From: Desulfomonilaceae bacterium
GTDB taxonomy: Bacteria > Desulfobacterota > Desulfomonilia > Desulfomonilales > Desulfomonilaceae
Direction: 5' to 3'
Length of the DNA stretch: 54,080 nt
NCBI GenBank assembly: GCA_041741735.1
Contig: JBGSJS010000059.1
Coordinates: 1-54,080 of the forward strand
Part shown: one piece after another, positions 1-10,336 of the stretch
Position numbering within the stretch: the stretch's first letter is position 1
How the letters are laid out: every line of letters starts with the position of its first letter
Program-made: the position numbers and the translations under genes
Notes under the pieces: generated by a model
Databases searched by the model: none
What the model was told of the DNA's origin: nothing
Seen by the model: only the letters and a program-made list of their open reading frames with translations

Positions 1-874
1 TGCGTGCGGCGGACACGCGTTCGATCTTTTCTTCGAGGTGGGCTTTTTGAACCGTGAGATACTCCTTTTCCGGAATTGTCCCCTTCTCCAGGAGGTTCCG
101 GGCTCGATCGAAATTGTAGCTCGCAAGCTTCTCACGCTCCAACGCAACCAAGTATCGACTGCGTGCTTCCGCTAGCTCCCGGCTCTCTATAACGGCCACC
201 ACTTCTCCGGACGTGACGGAGTCCCCAAGATTCTTGCGTGATTCCACGACAAACCCTGAAACTCTGGGTACGAGATGAGAGACTCGATCGGCGTTGAAAG
301 CGATCTCGCCCGGCAATTCCAGAAAGGAACGTATCGTCTTAGGTTCGGCTAATGCCGTCTGGATGCCCATCTGCCGGGCAAGTTCCTCCGGAAGCGTCAG
401 ACGCCCGTCATATTGGGAATATTCCCACTCAAAGTCCTCTTCTTGCCACCGAGCCGAGGCTTTGACGAAGAATGAGAGGGGCCTATCGATCTCACGGTTC
501 CCGAACAGAAAACCCGGGCCGGGCTTGAGCTCGTAGACTTCCACGTTGTCCCCCAGACGCTCCAACCGGATGGAGACAGCTATTTCCTCCGGATCTATCG
601 GTCGGCCGTTCCGAGAAGCATAGACTCGAAAGTGAGGGCGGCATCCCTTCTCGTACGTCACGATTTCAAGCACAAGGTCACCTTCCCGCAGCAGTTTGCC
701 GCCGTGGGGCCCTTTGTCCTCGCATTCTCCGTGGCCGTCACCGTGCGAGTCGTGTTTGTGCGTGGAATCCCGATCGTGTGACGTACCTGACCTTATCGAA
801 GAAACGCCTCCGTTGAGAGCAACAAAGAGGCCGATCACAAGTACCGCACATAGTCCCATGATTATTTTCTTCAT
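1..874 (-). CDS. Efflux RND periplasmic adaptor (membrane fusion protein, CusB/CzcB-like). Partial: the 3' end runs off the window.
   Basis: Continuous minus-strand frame from the ATG at 872-874 to the window edge. The N-terminus reads MKKIIMGLCAVLVIG (signal/anchor) followed by a His/Asp-rich metal-binding stretch (HDRDSTHKHDSHGDGHGECEDKGPHGG), then a biotinyl-lipoyl-like/beta-barrel region (VTSGEVVAVIESRELAEARSRYLVALEREKLASYNFDRARNLLEKG) typical of HlyD-family adaptors for heavy-metal efflux. Not in the ORF track because it is truncated by the window edge. Confidence 0.75.
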   Translation of the reverse strand, partial: MKKIIMGLCAVLVIGLFVALNGGVSSIRSGTSHDRDSTHKHDSHGDGHGECEDKGPHGGKLLREGDLVLEIVTYEKGCRPHFRVYASRNGRPIDPEEIAVSIRLERLGDNVEVYELKPGPGFLFGNREIDRPLSFFVKASARWQEEDFEWEYSQYDGRLTLPEELARQMGIQTALAEPKTIRSFLELPGEIAFNADRVSHLVPRVSGFVVESRKNLGDSVTSGEVVAVIESRELAEARSRYLVALEREKLASYNFDRARNLLEKGTIPEKEYLTVQKAHLEEKIERVSAAR

Positions 875-1096
875 ATTCTTCACTCATTGTAGATTGCGAG
901 ACCATCGGCCCAGGAATCCTCCATTACCTCTCACCGGCGGGGTGCGGTTCAGATTCCGGCAGTCCAACAGGCTGCAGTGACGGGATAGGCTTTCAACGGA
1001 GCCGGCACAGAGGCCGTTTCGAGCCATGGGTTATCCGGTCTTGTCCCGGAGCATCCCCGGGACAAGACGCCCTACCTCCTCATTTATTTCAGAGGG

Positions 1097-1294
1097 TTAC
1101 TTGTTCTTGTTTGCGCTCTTGGCTGCCTCTTCCTGTTGAACTTTCTGCTTTTCAGCCTCGGCCTTCTGCTGTTTCTTCACCTGCTGGACCATGACCCTGG
1201 ACATGTTTTCCGCGTTCATGTCTTTGGCGCAGACGGAAGTGGCACCGGCAGCCACGAATACTGAGAGGGCGATCGCTACGAATATCTTTTGCAT
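1097..1294 (-). CDS. Small secreted Lys/Gln-rich protein (hypothetical).
   Basis: 65-aa ORF with a clear signal peptide (MQKIFVAIALSVFVAAGATSVCA) followed by a charged KQQKAEAEKQK tail. No recognisable domain. Confidence 0.35.
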   Translation of the reverse strand: MQKIFVAIALSVFVAAGATSVCAKDMNAENMSRVMVQQVKKQQKAEAEKQKVQQEEAAKSANKNK

Positions 1295-2468
1295 TTACTT
1301 TCTCTCATTTCCAAGAAGTGGTATAAGCGCACGCCCGAGACGCTTCGGAAGACAGATGAAAGTAAACCTCCGACTTAAACATCCGGCTCTATAGGATGTG
1401 AGCGGAGATCTGAAGCCCCAGCGCGTTTGAACGGCCCTCACCGAGGTACATCAAGACCGTTGCTCGGAAACGTTCATCGCGCGACGCAACACTGCTTCAT
1501 CAATGTCGTCCTTGGGCCATGCGACATGAATGTCCAAATGCGCCCATACAATCGCTCCGGCTTACGAAAATGCCGAGCCGATCATCGTATGGACTGCGGC
1601 TGTTTTGTTAGGATTTGAGGACAGAAAATGAAAGGATCAAATGATGAGAACAGTCGTCGGGTCCGGGCCACCCGGAACCTTCGATCGGTCCTTACAAGCA
1701 AGGTTAGAGACTATAGGGGCCTTACCAAAGAAGAAGGAGCAAGCGGGCACTGAAGCAACGGCAAAGGCGTGAGGCAACCTTTCGTCACCACCAGCCAGTC
1801 TCTCACTATATCGCGTGACTCCATCCGTGTCGATGGATACATCCGTACAGTCGGGTCCGGCTGCATCGCCACGCTCACCAGGACAATGCGATGACGATTC
1901 GGTACACGGCGACGCCGCCTTGATTCGGATATTACCGTCCCGCTGGAAACACCAGACTGCCGGAAAGGTCCACAGCATGGCCAACAGCGAAGTCACTGTT
2001 ATCAAAGACACGTAGGATGCGCGTCGAATTGCCATGCCGTCTGGTTGCTCCGTCCAAGGAGAGATCGATTTTTCCCAGGCGAAGGGTTCGCCCCAAACAC
2101 CTACACTTTAATGAATATCGCGGAACGGCTTCTGTGTCAAGTGTCTTGTCAGTGGCGGCACAAGATGGGTGTCCGAAGAAGTTGCCTGTTAGGAAAAAAG
2201 TGTGGAAAAATAGGGTGATCTTATCTCAAAATCGTTATGCGTCGGGACTTGGCGCGGAGTGGGAGAATGCGGCTTCCTTGGCCTTACAATGCGGTATGGC
2301 GGTCATTTCTCAGTCCGCAGTCCACGAGTACGCTGAGGGACGGGAGGAGTTGGGGAATGCATGTTGTGGTCCACTCTCGGGATCCTGGGATGAAATTGAA
2401 GCCGTCCGCCTCACGCTGGTGATCAAGACACTTCGGAAATTCCCCGTCTCCTCAGACCGAGCGTAAAC

Positions 2469-2658
2469 TACAGTGCAGCTCTTTGAAATTCGCTGCATTC
2501 TTTGAGTTGAAGGCCAATGAGCCTTCGGTGACATCATCCCCGGAGATCGGCGCCTGTTTGAGGCTTGTGGCAGATCCGATAGGGGAGCGCAGAAGGCTAT
2601 CCATAGGATTCCTTCTGACCTCAGGTCTCGTTGCTTCCCTCAATCTCCAAAGCGCTCC
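2469..2658 (-). ncRNA. Copy A of a dispersed conserved ~200-230 nt element (putative structured leader RNA or miniature repeat); see findings.
   Basis: Reverse complement of the element seen at 14597-14825, 19768-19980 and 30981-31190. Shared blocks: GAGCGCTTTG..TTGnGG at the 5' end; CCnCTATCGGnnTGCCAnAAGyCTCAnnCAGGCG; a variable GC hairpin; GATCTCCGGnGAnnATG; GAAGGCTCATTGGCCTTCAACTCnAAnAATGCnGCGAATTTnAAnGAGCnGCAC at the 3' end. Confidence 0.4.
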
Positions 2659-2683
2659 ACAGCAATTGCCGCGATATTCGCGA

Positions 2684-3748
2684 TCACTTTACCTTAGCAG
2701 ATAGAAATTCGAATGGCTGAGCCGATTCGAACTTGCTTGCAGCGCTGCCGGAATAGGTCTTGCGACCGGTGAGGGTGAGCTTCTTGACCGGGGCACCCTC
2801 CTTCAAATCCAGTTCCGCCAACGGCACCCAAAAGGTGGTGGGGCTCGTAGCGGAATCATAGTAATAAACCTTGGTCTTGTGATCGGAGACCGTGCGCCAC
2901 AGGGTCGACGCAATGTTCGGTTGCCCCGGGGTGGTGATGCCCAACGGCACGGAGACGCTCCGAATTACGCCGAATGTGCCGGCCACGGCCTGGAACATGT
3001 CGGCTGTCTTGGGGATGGCGTTGATGAAAAACGACGCTCGCGCAAAGCGATCCGATGCCCGGATGGTGCCCGGAAGGAAGATCATCCCGCCGATTTGCTC
3101 CCAGTACTTGTTCAGGGCCAGTTGCTGGTCAAACACGGGTGAGTTGGTCATGACCTGATACTTCTTGCCATGATGAACGACCAGCTTGCCGGCGATGTAT
3201 TCGAAAATTGCCGAGTCGCCGGTGGGGTCCGAAATCGCCAGATGTCCCGCAGCCGGCTTACCATCAGGCAGCACCGGTGCAATCACCACGAACGGATCGT
3301 CGCTCAAGGCCTTTACCGCTTCGTCTACGGACGCGTAGCTGTCGAGGACATATTGCGCCCAAGCCCCAATGGAGATGGTCGGTCGCTTGCCGTCCGGCTT
3401 GCCGTACTCGGATTCGGTGAGATAGAGAACGTTCGCAACCAGGCCCTTCTCATTCATTCCGTCGACAGTGGCGACGTTATAAAAAGAGCAGACCACGCTG
3501 CCGTATTTCGACACCCATTTGAGCGAGGTGGACCCGGCCGCGCCGTTGCGCTTCATGCCGCGGGGAAACGCCCAGAGGTCGGTGCCCGTATCTTCCGCCC
3601 AGTCCATCGACCGCGCGGTGATGATCGTGCCGTTAGGCCCCAGGTACACGGCTCGGGTGCACGCGTCGGCCTGCTGCATGGGAGCAAGGGCCAGGATCAG
3701 TGCGATAAGTGCCGCACACATTGCCTCCATGAAAGTTTCACGGGTCAT
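2684..3748 (-). CDS. Choloylglycine hydrolase / penicillin V acylase family (Ntn hydrolase, linear amide C-N hydrolase), secreted.
   Basis: 354 aa. The signal peptide is followed directly by the nucleophile Cys (...APMQQADA|CTRAVYLGPNG), the hallmark of the Ntn-hydrolase CGH family (PF02275-like). AAGGAAG SD 7 nt upstream of the ATG at 3748. Confidence 0.85.
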   Translation of the reverse strand: MTRETFMEAMCAALIALILALAPMQQADACTRAVYLGPNGTIITARSMDWAEDTGTDLWAFPRGMKRNGAAGSTSLKWVSKYGSVVCSFYNVATVDGMNEKGLVANVLYLTESEYGKPDGKRPTISIGAWAQYVLDSYASVDEAVKALSDDPFVVIAPVLPDGKPAAGHLAISDPTGDSAIFEYIAGKLVVHHGKKYQVMTNSPVFDQQLALNKYWEQIGGMIFLPGTIRASDRFARASFFINAIPKTADMFQAVAGTFGVIRSVSVPLGITTPGQPNIASTLWRTVSDHKTKVYYYDSATSPTTFWVPLAELDLKEGAPVKKLTLTGRKTYSGSAASKFESAQPFEFLSAKVK

Positions 3749-4101
3749 GGGTCACTTCCTTTTTCGTTTTTTTGGTTGGGATGATGAATTGAGTAATGCC
3801 GGACTAAGTACCAGTTCGTTCCATATATAGGCCGTAATTATGAGGGGGACTTGCCATTGGGCAGATATTCGAGGCCGATGATTCGCCGAAAGATATTTCC
3901 CCTGACATCAAAGAAGCCCGTCCCCGGTCCCCCGCAAGACCCGACGTATGCAAAACAGTTATCACGGTACTGAAAGAACCAATAGTTTCTTTCTATTCAG
4001 ATTACTTCATCGAACGGACTCGGTCAAGTGCGATTCCTTTGGTGAATCCTCGGATGTGACGCTTGACTACCGATGGATCGCCATCCACCTTGGAAAATGA
4101 T

Positions 4102-4656
4102 CTATGCGGGCTCCGACACTAACTTCTTGGCTGTTTCTCTCATCTCGTCAACTTCTTTCACCGCTTCCAGGGCCGATTCGAGCGTGACATGCGGCTTCAG
4201 GGAATGAATCCGGTCGGCTCGGGCCTTGTTCCCACCATTCTTGGCTTCGATAGTAACATAAAGAGCCGTTGCCAACCGTTCCAGGTCGGCAACTCCCTTG
4301 TTTCCCAGCGCCTCGGCCACAAACACAAGATGTTCCCGATAGTCATTCAAGGTCTTGGTAAAGCGAGTCTTCAGGTCCTCTGCATTCTGGGTCGGTGCCA
4401 GACTGGGCCCGTAAGGAATTGGCCTTGGCTCAAGCCGGAAAAGCTCATAGGCCCTTAATTCGGTGATCTCGTCGCGGAGGTCGAACGAGAAAGGGCCATG
4501 CTTGTACAGAATGTATCCGTATTCCAGGGGCACCTTGAGCAGTTCTTGCAGGAAGTAGACGGCCTTTTGTAGGTGGGTCTCCCCGCACCAACTGCCGTGC
4601 TTTCTCATCCGATCGGCCAGTTCAGCCAATATTACAGCCCTTTGGAGTCTCTTCAT
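4102..4656 (-). CDS. Panacea/SocA-like (DUF4065) domain protein, putative antitoxin or immunity partner of the upstream HD hydrolase.
   Basis: 184 aa starting MKRLQRAV. The start ATG overlaps the upstream stop as ATGA (ATG 4654-4656, TGA 4653-4655). The core HLQKAVYFLQELLKVPLEYGYILYKHGPFSF matches the DUF4065 signature (K-L-Q-K-L-L-Y-x-a-q ... kyGPV). The ORF track's extended 215-aa version overlaps the HD gene and was trimmed. Confidence 0.6.
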   Translation of the reverse strand: MKRLQRAVILAELADRMRKHGSWCGETHLQKAVYFLQELLKVPLEYGYILYKHGPFSFDLRDEITELRAYELFRLEPRPIPYGPSLAPTQNAEDLKTRFTKTLNDYREHLVFVAEALGNKGVADLERLATALYVTIEAKNGGNKARADRIHSLKPHVTLESALEAVKEVDEMRETAKKLVSEPA

Positions 4657-6005
4657 GGGGTTTCCGCCTCCAGCCGGATAATCGAGGCTTTGTGCTCTGC
4701 AAGCCAACTTTTCGCTTTGGTGAGCAATTTTCTGTCCACGAATACGCAATCCACTGATGCTAGGGGCATGGATCCCAGCACTTGAGAGATGGAGGTAGAG
4801 GACACGGATCTGTTCTCTTGTGTGAGGACCGGGAATTCGTAGACCTGTCCCTTTTCTGCGTACTGATCATAGCGGACTTTCTCAGACCCGAAATCATGTT
4901 TGACGCACGAAAATACGGCAAGTCCAGCTTCAGGGTTAATCTTCAGGTCATCCCCTGATGGAACGTACAACCGCTTGAAATGCTCGTGCGAGACGATGCG
5001 TCGGGAATGCTCGTGGCCTTTTTGCGACGAATCGCCGCTGCTCTTCGACAAAGCCGCACCGATCTCATTGTCAGTCCAGGCCAAGTGACCTTCGAGGTCG
5101 GTCGGAAACACTCCATTCGACAACCATTCTCGCAGAAAATCCCTTAAATGGATGTCGTAGATGCGCCGCACCGGATGAAGATAGACCTGGGAATACATGA
5201 AGTAACGTGCCAGCAGCAAGGCCTCCGCCGATTGAAGTCCGCCTTCTTCCACACCCAATGCAGGCTCCCTGGAGCCGCTGCGATCCGGTTCGGACGTGTC
5301 CGAAGGGGGGGCAGTAAGTATTCGAAGCGTGTCGATCAGCCTATAATGGTCGAACCTGCCGTAGGCCACACCGGTGTGATGGGAATCCCGAAGGAGATAA
5401 TCCATACGGTCCACTCCGAAAGCATCACCCACGATAATCTCGGCAAGAACGGACTCTCCAGGAGTGAAAATGAGGTCAGCCGCCTTCTCAGGCCCCACAG
5501 CCAGCTTCACCAAGTCCCCATTGCGCAAAGGTGGGGTAGCCTCGTCCCAAATGTCCTGCAACTCCCTACCACAAATTAACTCGCGAGTCAGCTTTTCATG
5601 ATCCCAGCCTTCCGGAAGAAGTTCCTTTTCGGCAGCATGAGAAAACGGAAGATGACCAAGGTCGTGACATAGCGCCGCCATGCGGAGCACTCGACGCCAA
5701 TATCTCCTCTTGTCCTCGTCGGCAATCTCCGGCAAGAGGTTCCGAATTTCATCAGTAAGTGCATCTGGCCGAGTGACGACATCAAATACCCTGGAGGCCA
5801 ACTCCATTACACCGAGCGAATGCTCGAAGCGTCTATGGGTGGCACCCGGGTAGAGCAGATAAGTCATCCCAAGCTGATGGATGTGACGGAGGCGCTGAAA
5901 AGGGCGAGAATCCAGTACCTTACGCTCCGTAGAATCAAGTCGAACGAACACGTGGATCGGGTCCCGGATTTCATGCAAGTTCTTCTTCAGCACGTTGCCC
6001 CTCAT
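4653..6005 (-). CDS. HD-domain phosphohydrolase of the dGTPase/SAMHD1-like (dNTP triphosphohydrolase) family, with a ~250-aa C-terminal region of unknown function.
   Basis: 450 aa. N-terminus IRDPIHVFVRLDSTERKVLDSRPFQRLRHIHQLG...HRRFEHSLGVMELA...AALCHDLGHLPFSH gives the H..HD..D metal-binding motifs of dGTPase-like HD hydrolases. ATG confirmed at 6003-6005. Confidence 0.8.
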   Translation of the reverse strand: MRGNVLKKNLHEIRDPIHVFVRLDSTERKVLDSRPFQRLRHIHQLGMTYLLYPGATHRRFEHSLGVMELASRVFDVVTRPDALTDEIRNLLPEIADEDKRRYWRRVLRMAALCHDLGHLPFSHAAEKELLPEGWDHEKLTRELICGRELQDIWDEATPPLRNGDLVKLAVGPEKAADLIFTPGESVLAEIIVGDAFGVDRMDYLLRDSHHTGVAYGRFDHYRLIDTLRILTAPPSDTSEPDRSGSREPALGVEEGGLQSAEALLLARYFMYSQVYLHPVRRIYDIHLRDFLREWLSNGVFPTDLEGHLAWTDNEIGAALSKSSGDSSQKGHEHSRRIVSHEHFKRLYVPSGDDLKINPEAGLAVFSCVKHDFGSEKVRYDQYAEKGQVYEFPVLTQENRSVSSTSISQVLGSMPLASVDCVFVDRKLLTKAKSWLAEHKASIIRLEAETP

Positions 6006-6168
6006 ATTCTTGGGACGATTAAAGCCAAGCCTTTACAGGTTGCTTGCGGAGAGGGAATTTGCCGGCAAGACCTTGAGGATTCCAGCACATCCCAAAGAGA
6101 GCACGGTGTCGGCTGGAAGTACCAAGAACGCCCAACCATTTCGATCATCCTGGTTGGGCTATGCCCGT

Positions 6169-6681
6169 TTAAGATATCTTAAGATTCCCTCTGTACACGT
6201 CCAGATCTTTCTCGGAAAAGAGCACGAACACCACCCGGCGGATATTCGGGAACCGCTCCAATTGCGCCAACGTGGTCGAAATGGCTATTTTCGAGGCGTC
6301 AGTTATGGGATATCCGTACACGCCGGTGCTGATGGAAGGAAATGCAATGGAGGTAATTCCATTCTCATTCGCGACTTCGAAACATCGCCGGTAGCAACTC
6401 TCAAGGAGTTTCGGCTCCCCTGAAGTCCCCCCTCGATAGACCGGCCCGACCGTGTGGATGACATGCCGGGCGGTGAGATTGTATCCCTTGGTAATCTTCG
6501 CGTCCCCCGTGTCGCATCCGCAGAGAGCTCGGCACTCGACGAGGAGCTCGGGGCCGGCCGCGCGGTGAATGGCTCCGTCCACCCCGCCTCCGCCGAGGAG
6601 GCTCTTGTTGGCAGCGTTAACAATGGCGTCAACGTCCATGGCTGTGATGTCGCCCCGTACGAGCTCGATTCCGTCCTTCAT
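6169..6681 (-). CDS. Macro domain protein (O-acetyl-ADP-ribose deacetylase, YmdB/MacroD-like).
   Basis: [40 protein letters not shown]...VIHTVGPVY is the classic macro-domain signature. Start set at MKDGIEL (ATG 6679-6681) because GGAGG sits 8 nt upstream. The longer track ORF (to 6885) adds a Pro/Arg-rich, non-domain extension. Confidence 0.8.
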   Translation of the reverse strand: MKDGIELVRGDITAMDVDAIVNAANKSLLGGGGVDGAIHRAAGPELLVECRALCGCDTGDAKITKGYNLTARHVIHTVGPVYRGGTSGEPKLLESCYRRCFEVANENGITSIAFPSISTGVYGYPITDASKIAISTTLAQLERFPNIRRVVFVLFSEKDLDVYRGNLKIS

Positions 6682-6893
6682 CGTGGTCCCCTCCTCAAGA
6701 ACGTCAGACAGTTTCCTATGCGTGATCACGGCACGAGGCCGACAAAAGTCGTCCCCCGGACACCGGTCCACCTCCATCGATTGCCAAGGGAGAGGATCTT
6801 CGGGGTCGGTAACCGCTACGAGCGTGTAACGAATTGGACGGAAGACCCCCGTGCCGGGCGGCAAAGGAGCTCTTCCGTGTGTCACGGTTCCAT

Positions 6894-7574
6894 TTACTCG
6901 AAGATCTCCCGCTCATTCTCTCTATGGTCCACTATGTAGAGCAGCTTGGCTTTTTCCGCGACCTCTTTTTTCAATTGAGGCAGCACATCGCGATCGATGT
7001 CGAACACTCTAATATAGAGGTGACGATGGCCCTCCGGCGCTTTTTCGTAGGATGTCAGGATGCTCACCAGACGGGCATTGAAACTCCGGATCACGTCGGT
7101 AACGTCCTTGATGGACCCCGGTCGATCCTCAATGAGGAATCCGAACTGGACACCTCTCTTGGTGAGGCCGCTCAAGGAGATCATTGCCTTGAAAAGGTCG
7201 CTTTTCGTGATGACTCCAACGATGACCCCCTGGGCGTCGGCCACGGGTGCACCCGAAATCTTGTTATTGAGAAGAACCTCCGCGGTCTCTTCAATGGTGA
7301 AGTCAGGCGGAACCGTTATCGGATAACGACTCATGATCGCGCCGACTTCAAGGCGAGACAGGTGATAGAGAATCTGTTGGATGTCCAGCATCGTGGCGTC
7401 CGAGGGAGAGGCCCGTTTGAGATCGCGATCCGTAACGACGCCTACAAGCTTGCCATCCTCGAGGACGGGCATGATGCTGACATGGCGCTCCATCGAGAGG
7501 TTGATGGCGTGCTGCATGGTGTCGCTGACGTCCAACGTGACGACGTCCGTGCTCATCCAATCTTTGACCAGCAT
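6894..7574 (-). CDS. CBS-pair domain protein with C-terminal ACT-like region (AcuB-like).
   Basis: 226 aa. [19 protein letters not shown]... contains two CBS motifs ([22 protein letters not shown]). AGGAGG SD upstream of the ATG at 7574. Confidence 0.8.
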   Translation of the reverse strand: MLVKDWMSTDVVTLDVSDTMQHAINLSMERHVSIMPVLEDGKLVGVVTDRDLKRASPSDATMLDIQQILYHLSRLEVGAIMSRYPITVPPDFTIEETAEVLLNNKISGAPVADAQGVIVGVITKSDLFKAMISLSGLTKRGVQFGFLIEDRPGSIKDVTDVIRSFNARLVSILTSYEKAPEGHRHLYIRVFDIDRDVLPQLKKEVAEKAKLLYIVDHRENEREIFE

Positions 7575-8321
7575 GGGAATCCTCCTTGGTGGGCGACAGT
7601 CTCGATCGGTATTGAGGCTCCTCCGTCCGACGATCGAGCCCCCCGTCGCTTCCGAGACGGTTTACGCATATCGGAGCACACAGAAACATGTGTGCGAATA
7701 AGGAGAATCATACAGTCAACCGGCAAGTCGGTAAACACGAATTTTCACGCGTGGACCGAGTCATTACAACCACTGACGTTGCGGGCCCACTTTCGGGAGG
7801 GAGACCGATTCCGGAAACAACCGGAAGGGGTTTCCAGTTCATTGCCGTCATGTCCTACGATCGACCCAATACCGTGACAGGGGGAGGGAATCTGCAGTGC
7901 CCAGCGAGCCGCACTGCTGCCGGGACGGGCCCGGCCCTTGCTACAGCGGTTTCCGCGTCTTACTATAAAACATGACAGAGGTGTCCCTCCACGGCACTTA
8001 TGGATGACCAACGAAACCGAAAGGCTTGCATTGCGGGCTAAGGTTGTCAAAAAGCTGGGAGGTGCGGCAATGGGCACTCAATGGGACGATCGATTCGACG
8101 TTGTGTGCGGCGCAGTCATCGTAGGTCGGGAAAGCGAGCCGTTCGAAGATTCGGGACTCTGGGACTTGGTTCATGGGCCTAAAGGGCCCCCGAGCCACTG
8201 TTCTTCGTCGCCGATTGGCTCCGCAGGCACCGAAGATCCTCTCTGCGCAAAGCTCGAGAATCACACACAGCGCGCATGGCACGTAGTTCGAGAATACCCC
8301 GAGCGTACGCGTTAAAGCTCG

Positions 8322-8771
8322 TCAGACCTTGGATCTCACGATGAGGACGGGACAATCTGCCGTCCTCACCACGTTCTCTGCGGTACTCCCAAGGATGAGG
8401 TGTCGAGCCCCGGTCCAGCCATGGGTTCCCATGACCAGCAGGTCTATGTCTTGTTCCTGTATGAATCGTAAGATTTCCTCAGCGGGAGCGCCGTCACGAT
8501 AGTAGGTTTGAACCTCATCGAGTTCACGGCGGCAATCATTCGCGATCAATTCCAATTCTTCTTCGACTCCCTCGCGGATCGTCTCCTGAATCACTCCCAT
8601 CTCATCGGAAAGCTTCGAAGCAAACGAGGGATAGCCGAGCAGCCGGGAGTTTACCACGTGAAGGACGGCCAGTTCGCTTCCAAAGGCCTTGGCATATTCG
8701 ATGGCCACGATGCGGGCCGGAACGGAATTCTCCGAAAAGTCAGTACATACGGCGATCTTCTTTGGGGTCAT
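8322..8771 (-). CDS. uspA: Universal stress protein (UspA family).
   Basis: 149 aa. KKIAVCTDFSENS...LLVMGTHGWTGARHLILGSTAENVVRTADCPVLIV matches the UspA ATP-binding fold. Confidence 0.85.
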   Translation of the reverse strand: MTPKKIAVCTDFSENSVPARIVAIEYAKAFGSELAVLHVVNSRLLGYPSFASKLSDEMGVIQETIREGVEEELELIANDCRRELDEVQTYYRDGAPAEEILRFIQEQDIDLLVMGTHGWTGARHLILGSTAENVVRTADCPVLIVRSKV

Positions 8772-8815
8772 GAATCGATATCTCCTCTATCCGGCCTACA
8801 TACTTCCGAACAGCG

Positions 8816-9523
8816 TCAATCTTCGGGCAAGAGCTTAACGAGAGCTTTGGCCATCTGCCGGATGTGACGGCAAATGGACTGGGTGGATTCCAAAATGTCC
8901 AAGTAGAGGGACGACATCTGAGGTGTCGCCGATCCCTCCAGCAAACGCTCCACATGGCTCAACTGCCATTCCTGACACATTCGATCCAGGTCATGTGCTT
9001 GGGAAATCGTATGAGTAAGCAAAAATTTGTTTGGTACTATCAGGCTGTCCCGGACGTTGGTCATCATGGTGAGCATGTCCTTGAAAAGCACGTCCATCTC
9101 TTCAACGGACCTGTCGGAGAACGGGACGCCATCCCGACACTTGATATGGCAGCACTTAACGATGCTTTCAAGGAAGTCGCCGATGCGCTCAAGGTGACCC
9201 GGGAAGAGCACCACTGTTCGGCACATCTCCGGCGGCTCGGTGATGGCACAGACCAGATTCGAGGTCAAAATCTTTTCCTGCGCATGCACGTCGTTGGCGA
9301 GCTTGTCGCAGATATCCAGTTCCTGGGGGGTATCGGTCACCAAGGCCACACGGATACGCCGAGTCATCTCCATCAGCTTGCTCAGCATGACCAGCAACCC
9401 TTCCTCAAGGGTAAAGGACTCGGACACGGGAGTTTCGTACAACTTCTCGAGCCGCGTAGCCACTGCGTCGAACTTGGGACTGATCATACGAAAAGGGTTG
9501 AAGAAGATGTGTTTGTCCTTCAT
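8816..9523 (-). CDS. PhoU-domain protein (phosphate-uptake regulator-like).
   Basis: 235 aa with two PhoU-like repeats (GHLERIGDFLESIVK and LDILESTQSICRHIRQMAKAL). AAGGAGA SD upstream. Confidence 0.55.
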   Translation of the reverse strand: MKDKHIFFNPFRMISPKFDAVATRLEKLYETPVSESFTLEEGLLVMLSKLMEMTRRIRVALVTDTPQELDICDKLANDVHAQEKILTSNLVCAITEPPEMCRTVVLFPGHLERIGDFLESIVKCCHIKCRDGVPFSDRSVEEMDVLFKDMLTMMTNVRDSLIVPNKFLLTHTISQAHDLDRMCQEWQLSHVERLLEGSATPQMSSLYLDILESTQSICRHIRQMAKALVKLLPED

Positions 9524-9895
9524 GTTCTCGACTCTCCTTCTATTCCGGGTAGAGGGCGTGATTACGCCGGGTCCGTTTGCGAGATCTCACTCATTCATTC
9601 GTAACAGAATTTACGGGCCGACACAAGATCGGCCTCCGCGGGACGCACCGGAATCCGGCCTCGCATTCATTTGTCATCGACCGCGGAGAGAATCATCATC
9701 CTCCTTTGAGAATGCGACACCGAATCCGTGAGATCAAGCGGCGAGGGGAGAAAGGAACCGTGTAGGGATTGCCGTTTTGAGGGATGGTAATCTTCGTGTT
9801 ATGTTCTCGTTCGGAAAAGCTCCCTTGCGAAAGGAAGCGACGGTCCCGACGGTGTCGGGCTCACGATCCGGGGTTTCTCACGCTGGAGTTGATTC

Positions 9896-10315
9896 ATGAT
9901 AGTACGAAACACGGTACTGAAGCTGCGGACTCAAGGCTTTGCGGATTGTCAGGACATCACGGCCGAGCTTGACCGATGCCTCGGAGAGTCCGGCGTCAAA
10001 GAAGGACTCCTCACGGTATTTGTTTCCGGTTCCACGGGCGCGGTGACCACCATAGAGCTCGAATCCGGCGTCATAAAGGATTTGAAGGACGCTCTGGACC
10101 GCATTGCCCCCATGGACATCGAGTACGCCCACAACCTGCGCTGGGGTGACGGCAACGGCTTTTCCCACGTCAGAGCGGCCTTGATGAAACCGTCTCTCGG
10201 CATTCCCGTCGTGGAGGGGAAGCTCATTCTCGGGACCTGGCAGCAGGTGGTTTTTCTCGATTTCGACAACAGGCCGAGGAACAGATCCCTGATCGTGCAG
10301 GTCCTGGGAGAGTGA
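9896..10315 (+). CDS. YjbQ/UPF0047 family protein (secondary thiamine-phosphate synthase-like).
   Basis: 139 aa. Full-length match to the YjbQ pattern (...H.TA.L..NE..DP.....Y.H......GNGHSH...AL...S..IPV..G.L.LGTWQ.V...DFD). Confidence 0.75.
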   Translation: MIVRNTVLKLRTQGFADCQDITAELDRCLGESGVKEGLLTVFVSGSTGAVTTIELESGVIKDLKDALDRIAPMDIEYAHNLRWGDGNGFSHVRAALMKPSLGIPVVEGKLILGTWQQVVFLDFDNRPRNRSLIVQVLGE

Positions 10316-10336
10316 TCCATGAGGGAGGAGCGAGCA

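Noticed and set aside
1637-2035. 132-aa minus-strand ORF with one hydrophobic segment, plus overlapping ORFs at 2017-2466
   Set aside because: No recognisable domain, and ambiguous between several overlapping frames. This region may instead be the transcript downstream of leader-element copy A. Left unannotated.
6834-7877. 347-aa plus-strand ORF
   Set aside because: It lies antisense to the well-supported CBS and macro-domain genes. It has no domain features. This is the typical shadow ORF of a high-GC genome.
10313-10336. In-frame TGA between YjbQ and the alcohol dehydrogenase (same reading frame), a possible Sec readthrough
   Set aside because: YjbQ ends at its normal C-terminus (..IVQVLGE). 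The ADH has its own strong SD and ATG six codons later. There is no Cys-equivalent position and no SECIS-like hairpin, so this is an ordinary stop.
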